From: Candidatus Bathyarchaeum sp.
GTDB taxonomy: Archaea > Thermoproteota > Bathyarchaeia > Bathyarchaeales > Bathyarchaeaceae
DNA: 18,675 nt
Direction of reading: 5' to 3'
NCBI GenBank assembly: GCA_026014495.1
Contig: JAOZIF010000175.1
Span: forward strand, 1 to 18,675
Shown: piece by piece, positions 10,210 to 18,045 of the stretch
Position numbering within the stretch: position 1 is the first letter of the stretch
Layout of the letters: each line of letters opens with the position of its first letter
Made by a program: the position numbers and the translations under genes
The notes under the pieces: generated by a model
What the model was told of the DNA's origin: nothing
The model's database searches: none
What the model saw: the letters and a program-made list of their open reading frames with translations, nothing else

Positions 10210-10964
10210 TCAAATTTTAATTCTATTGCTAATGCCATGCTCCCACAATCCTACAAAATTTTCCTTACATTTATCATCCAAATACGTTGTTGCCTTTCGT
10301 AGCATCAACTTTGAAATCCGTTTAGTCTCCAAAACTTCTCTAAGATATTCTTCAACCAGTTTAGGCTGATGTTTACCAATGGTTTTGAGTCCCCAGCCAA
10401 CTCCCTTTACAACAAAAACCCGTCTATCATCAACTAAAAGCGACAAAAGAGACAGCAGTCTCCTCATCCTCTCGACATCTTGGGTCTTCTTTTTGCAAAG
10501 AAATGAACAGCAACTCCAATACTACGTTTAACCTCCTGATTCTCCAAAGAAGTCATCCTTTCTAGAACCAAAACAGCAGCCTCAAAATAGCTAACAAGAG
10601 CTTGACCAAACACCCGTTCCCCTACAATATCGCAGACATACCATGTTTTTCCTTCAATAATGACTTTTGTTGCCTTTTGGATGCTTGCTTCAAGCTCTGT
10701 TTCCAAAAAACACGCCAAAGCCTGACCAACAATAACGTATCCACCCATCTTTTTTGTTGCAACTATCTCATCAAACACCCGAAAGTATCTTGTTTTGTCT
10801 AGTTTTCCTGCAGTCCCCAAACTTTTTCCTATTTCATCAAGCAACGGAAACGGAACCTTAGCATCCAAAACTGGATTCAAAACCTTCCACAACCCCTCTT
10901 TGTCTTTTTGTGTTATTGCTTCAACACACCTTTCTGCAGTGCTTCTTGCCCATTTACGATTCAA
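10210..10964 (-). pseudogene. AlkD-like (HEAT-repeat) DNA alkylation repair protein split by a 1-nt frameshift near 10480 (ORFs 10464-10964 and 10210-10467)
   Basis: The N fragment has WYVCD and VKRSIGVAVHF; the C fragment has VFVVKGVGWGLKTIGK, matching AlkD KAIGWVLR. Adding one base at CCC AA^G ATG gives a continuous 251-aa ORF (...RRPKDVERMRRLL...). Confidence 0.75.
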
Positions 10965-12082
10965 AGCATGTGCTCTCCATTTTTGCTGATTTCTTTGAGC
11001 ACAAACTCAATCTCTGTTGCCAAAGATTTTCCAACATCTTTTAGACTCTCCAAGCCATTTCTTCCTTTTTGAGCATAAATTTCAGAAACACTTTCAGTAA
11101 GCTCCTCAAGTGTCCAAGCAGCCTTTCTATATGCCCATATCTTATACTGAGATGTACAGTCTAATTCCATTCTGTACAACTTGTTTTGGAGTTTTTCTGA
11201 TACCTGTTTGTTGATTGCTAAGGGTCCATTGGGAACATATCTTGGCATCCGATCCATGAGTCCATACTTTTTGCATAGGCGGCTCACTTTTTTGCCCAGT
11301 TCTCCAGAGTAACTACATTCTGGACCATAATTGTCGCCATACAACCGTTGGTATTTTGGTATCAACTCTGGAAAATGCTCTGCAAGCAATTTCATGTAAT
11401 GCTCTTTTTGGGTAGATGCCAACGTTAATCCGCCAGCTAAAACAAACTTTCCCCCATGCTCCGCAGTAGCCTTCACCACTGCCTCTAAATTATCGTCATC
11501 GTCGTAGATGAAAGGCAAAATAGGCATAAAAGCTACTCCAGCAAGTATGCCCTTGTTTGAAAACTTTTTGATAGCACTAAATCGGCTTGAGGTTGATGGC
11601 GTTTTTGGTTCAAACAGGTTCTTTGTTTTATCGTCTTTTGTGGTTATTATCGAAAAAGTTACGGATGCCCAGCTTTGGGTATTGATTTGTTCTATCAGGT
11701 CAATGTCTCTTAAAATCAGCGGAGACTTCTCAAGAAGAGATACCGGAAACTTGTAATCAAGGCAGACCTGCAGCATTTTGCGTGAAAGCTCTGTTTTTTC
11801 CTCGACAGGCTGGTAGTCGCCTACAATAATGATGTCTTTTGGAACCTTGGCTAACTTCTTTCTTAATAATTCTGGAGCATTTTCTTTTATCTTAATGATT
11901 TTCGAAAAATCGTTTGGGTTCTCGTAGCGTGAATACTTTTTTTCTCTGCTGTAGCAGTATTCGCAGCCGTGCTCGCAGCCTATGTATGGATGGGCAGAGT
12001 ATTTGTCCCAGAACCACGAATCAGCATGCTTATGAGTATTCAAGATTTTCTTAGCCTTATATGCTACATGCTGGACTTGCAT
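10961..12082 (-). CDS. SplB/Rv2578c-like radical SAM protein with C-terminal Pol-beta 8-kDa-like HhH (HHH_8) domain, 373 aa
   Basis: PYIGCEHGCEYCY (C36xxxC40xxC43), DYQPVE, EKSPLILRDID, GVAFMPILPFI; C-terminal KIWAYRKAA...LESLKDVGKSLATEI. Confidence 0.85.
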   Translation of the reverse strand: MQVQHVAYKAKKILNTHKHADSWFWDKYSAHPYIGCEHGCEYCYSREKKYSRYENPNDFSKIIKIKENAPELLRKKLAKVPKDIIIVGDYQPVEEKTELSRKMLQVCLDYKFPVSLLEKSPLILRDIDLIEQINTQSWASVTFSIITTKDDKTKNLFEPKTPSTSSRFSAIKKFSNKGILAGVAFMPILPFIYDDDDNLEAVVKATAEHGGKFVLAGGLTLASTQKEHYMKLLAEHFPELIPKYQRLYGDNYGPECSYSGELGKKVSRLCKKYGLMDRMPRYVPNGPLAINKQVSEKLQNKLYRMELDCTSQYKIWAYRKAAWTLEELTESVSEIYAQKGRNGLESLKDVGKSLATEIEFVLKEISKNGEHML

Positions 12083-12184
12083 TCTTTAGCCATCCCCTAA
12101 AAGCTCAAATTACCCTATTGAAATCGCTTTTTAATTAAATTTGGTGCAACAATCTGGATTGCTCAAGCAGCTGTTTTGGTTAGT

Positions 12185-13456
12185 TTAGTTGATGTGCTGG
12201 CTTCCGTTGCCCTTGTGGACTGTTTTTGACCATGTGTGACGTTTTTTTCCTGTAATTCTGGAGAAACAAAGGTCAATGAATGCTTTTGTGCATATTAACA
12301 CATTGAGCATGAACGTCAAAAACAGCATGGGAATCAGCCAGCATATCCTGTCTCTTCCGTCTAGGTATGCGCCTATGCCTACCTCAAAGAAGGGCGCAAA
12401 ATTTCCCACTGAACTATAAAATGAAATAGGCAACATCATCCAAAGAACATTTACCCATTCAATCGGCTCAACCAAAAACAGAACTGCGCCTATAATCCAC
12501 GCTAAAGTAGCTAAGATTGGAACAAAATAGACATTAAGAAGCAGAAATCCATCAACTTTTTCGCGTAAACTCATTTTTTTGCTCCTTATAACTGGCCACA
12601 CATGCCTAAATGCACACTGCATGTGTCCTTTTGCCCATCTGGACCGTTGCCTCCAGTAAGAGCCCCAGTTTTCGACTGCTTCTTCGTAGCAGTCAGCGCT
12701 GTTAACATATTTGATTTTGAATCCTGCAAGGTAGATTCTGAATGTTAGGTCAGTGTCTTCTGCTAGTATGTTTGGGTCCCAGCCTCCAAGGGTTTCTATT
12801 AGGTTTTTTCTGAATCCTCCTACGGTTCCGCCGAATTGGCTGATGAGTTCGAGTTCGTTGCGGGCGAATTGGTCTACTCTGTAGCCTCCTGTTCTTTCTA
12901 GGGCAACAAGTCTGGTGACTATGCTGTCTGGTTCGTTTAGTACTGTCACTCTTCCTTGTACTGCTCCTACTTTTGGGTTTTTGAAGCATACTGTGAGTTT
13001 CTCGATTATATCTCTTTGAGGATAGTAGTCGGCGTCAAAGCAGTAGATGATTTCTCCAGAGACATGTTTTAATCCGTAGTTTAGGGCTTCTGGTTTTCCG
13101 TTTCCTCCTTCAGTTTGGTTGCGTTGAACAAAATGTATGAATTTGTGGTTTTTGGCAAACCGTTTTGCTTTCTTGCCTGTTTTGTCGGTGGAAGCGTCAT
13201 CTATCACGATTACTTCCAATTTTTCTTTTGGGTATGTTAGTTCTGTCATTCTTTGGAGTATTCTTTCGATTACCTGTTCTTCGTTGTGGGCAGGAATCAT
13301 AACTGAAACTGCGGGTTCATATGTTGTTTCATTAACTTCTGGTGGTTGTTCGCTTTTGTGGTATAATGCTGCAAGTGTGAAAAGATAGTGTCTAGTGAGG
13401 TATGCTGTGATTAATGCAACCAGCGCTACGAATGCTATGCTCAGGGTCCAAATCAA
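12185..13456 (-). CDS. Processive GT2 glycosyltransferase (cellulose synthase/PgaC-like), membrane-bound, 423 aa
   Basis: IPAHNEE, VIDDAS, GKPEALN, FDAD, AEDTD and QRSRW (D,D,D,QxxRW); one N-terminal TM and C-terminal TMs. TTG start overlaps the upstream stop. Confidence 0.92.
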   Translation of the reverse strand: MIWTLSIAFVALVALITAYLTRHYLFTLAALYHKSEQPPEVNETTYEPAVSVMIPAHNEEQVIERILQRMTELTYPKEKLEVIVIDDASTDKTGKKAKRFAKNHKFIHFVQRNQTEGGNGKPEALNYGLKHVSGEIIYCFDADYYPQRDIIEKLTVCFKNPKVGAVQGRVTVLNEPDSIVTRLVALERTGGYRVDQFARNELELISQFGGTVGGFRKNLIETLGGWDPNILAEDTDLTFRIYLAGFKIKYVNSADCYEEAVENWGSYWRQRSRWAKGHMQCAFRHVWPVIRSKKMSLREKVDGFLLLNVYFVPILATLAWIIGAVLFLVEPIEWVNVLWMMLPISFYSSVGNFAPFFEVGIGAYLDGRDRICWLIPMLFLTFMLNVLICTKAFIDLCFSRITGKKRHTWSKTVHKGNGSQHIN

Positions 13457-13884
13457 CTTTTTTCCAGCCTTTCTGCCTTTATTTTGTAGGATGCCATCAT
13501 CGACAGGCTAATTGACCAAACGGCTACTATCCATACAAAGTCGACGAGAGGCTTGGCAACTAGAAACATTACATTGAGTGAGTTTGTGTTTAGAACAAAA
13601 ACTGTGTCTTTCAATACGACTTGAATTGCGTACCACACAATGCCTACTTGGTTTCCTGTTATCAGTAAGATAACCTTACGTCTAAGCGGTCCTTGCAGTG
13701 GGAATATTAGCAACAAAAAAAGAAGATTAAAGAAGATTATAGAAAAAAGTGCAGATAAATCAAAACTGCGGATTAACTGAATTTGCACAACGATTATTGT
13801 AATGACTAAAGCTGAACCAATAATCAGATGCGAGAAATTTGGTTTTAGTTTTAGATAACCCTGTCTATTTTTACTGATTGCCAC
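13453..13884 (-). CDS. Hypothetical multi-pass membrane protein, about 143 aa (ORF track extends to 13947)
   Basis: Three to four hydrophobic segments. GTG 13884 follows GGGTGGGGG, and a TATA box lies at 13934-13927 inside the longer ORF, which favours the shorter start. Its stop overlaps the GT2 start (TTGA). Confidence 0.7.
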   Translation of the reverse strand: MAISKNRQGYLKLKPNFSHLIIGSALVITIIVVQIQLIRSFDLSALFSIIFFNLLFLLLIFPLQGPLRRKVILLITGNQVGIVWYAIQVVLKDTVFVLNTNSLNVMFLVAKPLVDFVWIVAVWSISLSMMASYKIKAERLEKS

Positions 13885-13926
13885 AAGTGTCCCCCACCCG
13901 TATTGCAGCCTTTTTTTGTATCTTTG

Positions 13927-13934
13927 CATATATA
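13927..13934 (-). promoter_or_regulatory. TATA box for the membrane protein-GT2 operon
   Basis: TATATATG preceded by purine-rich AACAAAA (BRE-like), about 43 nt before GTG 13884. Confidence 0.5.
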
Positions 13935-14019
13935 TTTTGTTGAACACAGCAACATTCTTTCAATTGATATGCCTATTGCTCTTAAGAAGTATTGATGTTG
14001 TGAATTGAATTGCAACGAT

Positions 14020-14502
14020 TTATAGTTTGTACCCTATTTTTCTGAGGAACTCTTTTCTTGCAGAAACATCATTTTTTGTTTCGATTCCCTTGGTTTTGAA
14101 CCCGTCGATAATGCCTATGATTCCTCTGCCCTGCTCGGTTTCAGCAACTATAACCTGTAAAGGATTAGCAGTAGCAGCATGGATTGTGCAGACTTCGGGA
14201 ACCTGCTTGATTTTGTCTAGAACATTGATTGGATAAGCGTTTTTGAGGAAAATAATGAAACTGTGACCGCATCCTAGCCTAGAAGCATTGTTTGTTGCTA
14301 GCGTTTTTAGTTCTTCATCATTGCCTTCTGCTCTAACTAGGCATGGTCCAGAGGCTTCACAGAATCCTACTCCAAACTTGATGTCTGGAACAGTGTTGAC
14401 TAATGCTTCGTAGATGTCTTCAACAGTTTTGATGAAATGAGACGTGCCCAAAATTACGTTGCAGTTTTCGGGAACCTCAACTTTAACTGTTTCAAGTTTC
14501 AC
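14020..14502 (-). CDS. Adenosine-specific kinase family protein (PAE2307/COG1839-like), 160 aa
   Basis: [81 protein letters not shown]. Confidence 0.88.
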   Translation of the reverse strand: MKLETVKVEVPENCNVILGTSHFIKTVEDIYEALVNTVPDIKFGVGFCEASGPCLVRAEGNDEELKTLATNNASRLGCGHSFIIFLKNAYPINVLDKIKQVPEVCTIHAATANPLQVIVAETEQGRGIIGIIDGFKTKGIETKNDVSARKEFLRKIGYKL

Positions 14503-14565
14503 TCAAACCTGCCCCCGAGTATTTCTTTGCATTTTTGCTTAATAACTTTGCAACTAGCCGTTTGT

Positions 14566-16110
14566 TTATTCCCATTCTATTGTTGCTGGCGGCTTGTGCG
14601 TTATGTCATAAACAACCCGTGTTACCTGAGGCAACTCGTTAGTTATTCTCGTTGAAATTCTCTCCAACACATCATAGGGAATTCTGGCAAAACCTGCAGT
14701 CATGGCTTCTTTGCTTTCAACAATCCTGACTGCAACCGTGTAACCGTAGGCTCTGGAATCTCCTTTAACTCCTGTGCTCTTTGTCTTTGTTAACACCGCA
14801 AAATATTGCCACAAACATTCTCCCAGACCAACCTTTTCTATTTCATCTGTGACAATCTTGTCCGCTTTACGAACAAGGTCTGTTTTTTCTTTTGTTAATT
14901 CGCCGATTATTCTTACTGCCAAGCCTGGACCTGGAAACGGTTGCCTAGTAACCAGCTCCTTTGGTAACCCCATTATCTTTGCAACTTCTCTGACTTCATC
15001 TTTGTATAGGTCCCGTAGAGGCTCAATTATTGTCTTGAATTCTATGTCTTCAGGTAAGCCTCCAACATTGTGGTGGGTCTTTATTGTGTCCGAGTGCTTT
15101 CTAAAGCCAGACTCGATTCTGTCCGGGTAGATTGTTCCCTGAATCAGATAGTCTGCAGCTATTTTTCTTGCTGCTTCCTCAAAGACTCTGATGAATTCTT
15201 CTCCGATAATTTTTCGTTTCTTTTCAGGGTCAACAACGCCCACTAGCCTTGCAAAGAAGCGCTCCTGTGCATGAATTGCAATAACATTGACGCCAAGCCT
15301 CTTGAATGTGCTTTCAACGTATTCTGTTTCACCCAAACGCATGAAGCCGTGGTCAACATAAATCGCCAAAAGCCGCTCACCAATAGCCTTAGCCGCCATG
15401 AACGTGGCAACGCTAGAATCTATGCCACCACTTAAACCAATTATAGCAGTTCCCTCGCCGACAATCTCTCTTATTTCCTTGACTGCCTTGTCGACCAGTG
15501 ATTCGGGTCTCCAGTTTGCTTCGCACTTGCAAACTTCAAAAATGAAGTTGTGAAGCATTTTCATGCCGTTTTCAGTGTGAACTACTTCGGGGTGCCACTG
15601 AAGACCATATATTTGCCGTGTTTTGTGGCGAAAAGCTGCGATTGGACAGCTTTCTGTGTATGCCAACATTTCGTAGTTTGGGGGCAGTTCATAGACTGTG
15701 TCGCCGTGGCTCATCCAAACTTTCTCTTTTGGGTCAAGCTCTTTGAGGATGCCAACGGACTTGGCGATGTTAACAAACGCTATGCCATATTCTTTGGTTT
15801 TTCCGGGCTTCACTTTTCCGTTAGAAAAATAGGCTATCATCTGGTGCCCATAACATAATCCAAGTATTGGAATGCCCATCTCCAGTATTTGCGAATCAAA
15901 CTTTGGAGCATCTTTTTCGTAAACGCTCCATGGACCGCCCGACAAAACTAAGCCCTTAACGTTCATGGTTTTGTTTAGTTCATTGATTTCTTGTGGAGTT
16001 ATGTCACAGGGCACTATTTCGGAGTAAACCTTGTGTTCTCGTATTCTTCTTGCAATAAGATTGCAGTATTGTCCCCCAAAGTCCAGCACCAAAATAGCAT
16101 CATGCTTCAT
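14566..16110 (-). CDS. guaA: GMP synthase (glutamine-hydrolyzing), fused GATase + ATPPase, 514 aa
   Basis: LDFGGQY, LGLCYGHQ (Cys nucleophile), QWHPEV, SGGIDS PP-loop, IKTHHNVGGLP, RQPFPGPGLAVR, DITHKPPATIEWE. Confidence 0.97.
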   Translation of the reverse strand: MKHDAILVLDFGGQYCNLIARRIREHKVYSEIVPCDITPQEINELNKTMNVKGLVLSGGPWSVYEKDAPKFDSQILEMGIPILGLCYGHQMIAYFSNGKVKPGKTKEYGIAFVNIAKSVGILKELDPKEKVWMSHGDTVYELPPNYEMLAYTESCPIAAFRHKTRQIYGLQWHPEVVHTENGMKMLHNFIFEVCKCEANWRPESLVDKAVKEIREIVGEGTAIIGLSGGIDSSVATFMAAKAIGERLLAIYVDHGFMRLGETEYVESTFKRLGVNVIAIHAQERFFARLVGVVDPEKKRKIIGEEFIRVFEEAARKIAADYLIQGTIYPDRIESGFRKHSDTIKTHHNVGGLPEDIEFKTIIEPLRDLYKDEVREVAKIMGLPKELVTRQPFPGPGLAVRIIGELTKEKTDLVRKADKIVTDEIEKVGLGECLWQYFAVLTKTKSTGVKGDSRAYGYTVAVRIVESKEAMTAGFARIPYDVLERISTRITNELPQVTRVVYDITHKPPATIEWE

Positions 16111-16148
16111 GAACTACCACTTCATCAAGCCTAAATGCCAGAGCCAAT

Positions 16149-16156
16149 CTTTTAAA
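16149..16156 (-). promoter_or_regulatory. TATA box for guaA
   Basis: TTTAAAAG on the - strand about 39 nt upstream of ATG 16110. Confidence 0.5.
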
Positions 16157-16197
16157 GGCTTCTTTAGACCCGTCCACAACAACCAACATTCAAAGTA

Positions 16198-16626
16198 TTA
16201 GTCCCTGTACGTACGGGACAAAGAATATGGGACTTTTATTGAGCAAACCTCAATTGTTTTGTCTCCGTGAGTGTGGTGTAACATAAAGAGGCATTGAAGT
16301 TCTTTGTTTGTTAATGACAATGGAATTGTAAAATGATGGTTTTCGTGTATGCTTTTATGGGCATCTAATTGGTGGTCAAGAATATATAACATCTCATACG
16401 CGGGTAGTTCTAAACTATTTATTTGAGTGCCTCTGTCCCCTCTGTTATGAACAGTAAAATCTATTCTTAATTCTGTGTTTTTGTCATCAGATTTTGGGTG
16501 GTGCCGACATGTTATCTTTTTTATCACCAAATTTGGTCTTTCTTTTCTAAACTTTAGAAAATGAAGGATTAAACCACATAACGAGATTATTATAGCAATA
16601 GTGGATAATGCCAACTCTATAGACAT
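16198..16626 (-). CDS. Hypothetical membrane-anchored protein, about 142 aa (TTG 16656 is the alternative start)
   Basis: One N-terminal TM (LALSTIAIIISLCGLILHFL) followed by RKERPNLVI and a beta-rich region (LRIDFTVHNRG) suggestive of an Ig-like fold; low GC. Confidence 0.6.
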   Translation of the reverse strand: MSIELALSTIAIIISLCGLILHFLKFRKERPNLVIKKITCRHHPKSDDKNTELRIDFTVHNRGDRGTQINSLELPAYEMLYILDHQLDAHKSIHENHHFTIPLSLTNKELQCLFMLHHTHGDKTIEVCSIKVPYSLSRTYRD

Positions 16627-17005
16627 TCCAAATGTCTTCCCTTTGAGTTTAATCAATTATTGACGTTCGCTAATGCTTTCTTCGTTTTTTACATATAATA
16701 CTTGTCAAGAATCAATCGGATCTGTTTTTTACAATATAGTAACGTTCTCTAAAAGCTTGTACCTCGTCTATTCACTCTATCTTTGGTGAATTTTTTGCCC
16801 CTCGTCAATTCTGAATATATACTGAAAATGTTTTGTTAAACGCAAGTTATTCACTCTTCTGTGCGGCATATTAGGAGACTAATAGCAGTTCATTGTTGAA
16901 AACTAACTTTTTTTCTGAAATTTTTAGCACAGCACACCTTTGCCCCCAAAAGTTCACACTAAACTTAGTAGACCTCTAACAAATGTTGTGTGGATTGTTT
17001 GTTGT

Positions 17006-17986
17006 TTAGATTCTGGTCATCTCTTCAATTGGTACAAAGCAGTGTGGTGCAAAGGTTACGGTTTGTTCGCCGTCTTCTACCATGGCTGCTCCGGGTACGA
17101 TGCCGCCGACCATGCATATTCCAAATCTGTCCATGCCAACTGGCACTCCAAGTATGGGCTCGTTAGGTTCACCCAGCACTAGCACTCCTCCCCAGCCCTT
17201 CTTTTGCTGGTGCTCAAGAATCCTTACTGTTTTTTCTCTTGCCTCTGAGGGTACTTCTCTTAGTGTTGCTAGTATCATTCCTGAACCTGTCTTGAGTATT
17301 CTGGAGATGGAGGTCATTTTTCTGTAAACAAATACTTCCAGCGGCGGTATGGTGGTTCCTTCATATGAGATTATTTCCACAAACCTGATTGGCTTGTGGT
17401 TTACTACCTGAACAAGACCGCCATACTTGAAAAACAACGGAATCCCGGAATGAATCAAAATACTATCCAAAGTCAAATTACAAACCGTAAAAAGAGCAAA
17501 CTGCCCTTTGGGAACAGAGATTTCACAGTACTCCTCTTTCTCGTTTAATATCTTAATGTATGGCGCAGACAAAAGATTCATGCTCTGAAGCGCCTTCATG
17601 GTATCCACCGCCTTGGGCTTAAGACTATTATCAAGCAAAGAAACATTCCCAACAACTGTTCCCGCATCTACAATAGGGTCATAGGTTGCAGAATAAGCCA
17701 AAGACATAAACCGAGTCGTAGTAAAACCAAGTCTTTGAGTAGCCAAAGACCGGCTCATCTCCTCCAAACCCTGCTGTGTTATTGTTCTTCCTCTACGGTC
17801 ATGCCCCAAAACAAAACCTTTTGCCTCCAACAACTGAAGATGATACCTTACTGTTCGCTCGCTGAGAAGAAAGCCTCTGTTTCTTAGCTCCCTTTTAAGC
17901 AGCGTTGAACCAACTGGGACGTCAAACTCGCTCAAAATCCGCAGTATCTCGATTTCTTTTCTGGCACTATCGTTCTCATGCGACAT
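17006..17986 (-). CDS. nrpR: NrpR-like transcriptional regulator: winged HTH + one NRD (DUF128) domain, 326 aa
   Basis: EILRIL...VGSTLLKREL..RGFLLSERTVRYHLQLLE.KG, GRTITQQGLEE; NRD features TVCNLTLD..L...GIP...KYGGL, YEGTTIPPLEVF, GSGMILATLREVP, IPVGMD-like VPVGMDRFG. Confidence 0.8.
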   Translation of the reverse strand: MSHENDSARKEIEILRILSEFDVPVGSTLLKRELRNRGFLLSERTVRYHLQLLEAKGFVLGHDRRGRTITQQGLEEMSRSLATQRLGFTTTRFMSLAYSATYDPIVDAGTVVGNVSLLDNSLKPKAVDTMKALQSMNLLSAPYIKILNEKEEYCEISVPKGQFALFTVCNLTLDSILIHSGIPLFFKYGGLVQVVNHKPIRFVEIISYEGTTIPPLEVFVYRKMTSISRILKTGSGMILATLREVPSEAREKTVRILEHQQKKGWGGVLVLGEPNEPILGVPVGMDRFGICMVGGIVPGAAMVEDGEQTVTFAPHCFVPIEEMTRI

Positions 17987-18045
17987 GAACCAATTCCCTG
18001 CCTATACAAACATTCAGTTAATCTACTATTTTACTTATCAGCTTT

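Noticed and set aside
10485-10500. Programmed -1 frameshift signal in the AlkD-like gene
   Set aside because: No canonical slippery heptamer and no evident downstream stimulator.
12066-12093. Out-of-frame uORF MAKECKSSM* overlapping the radical SAM start
   Set aside because: GGGGATGG is better read as the SD 7 nt before ATG 12082; the uORF ATG lies inside that SD.
12750-12989. R/Q/P/T-rich 79-aa ORF inside GT2
   Set aside because: It is an off-frame by-product of the A/C-rich third-position patch, which removes stop codons.
16890-16937. 15-aa ORF MCCAKNFRKKVSFQQ after a G-rich SD-like run
   Set aside because: Too short and without independent support.
17987-18045. NrpR autoregulatory operator GGAA-N6-TTCC
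   Set aside because: The only GGAA here is followed by TTGGTT-CATG, so there is no match.
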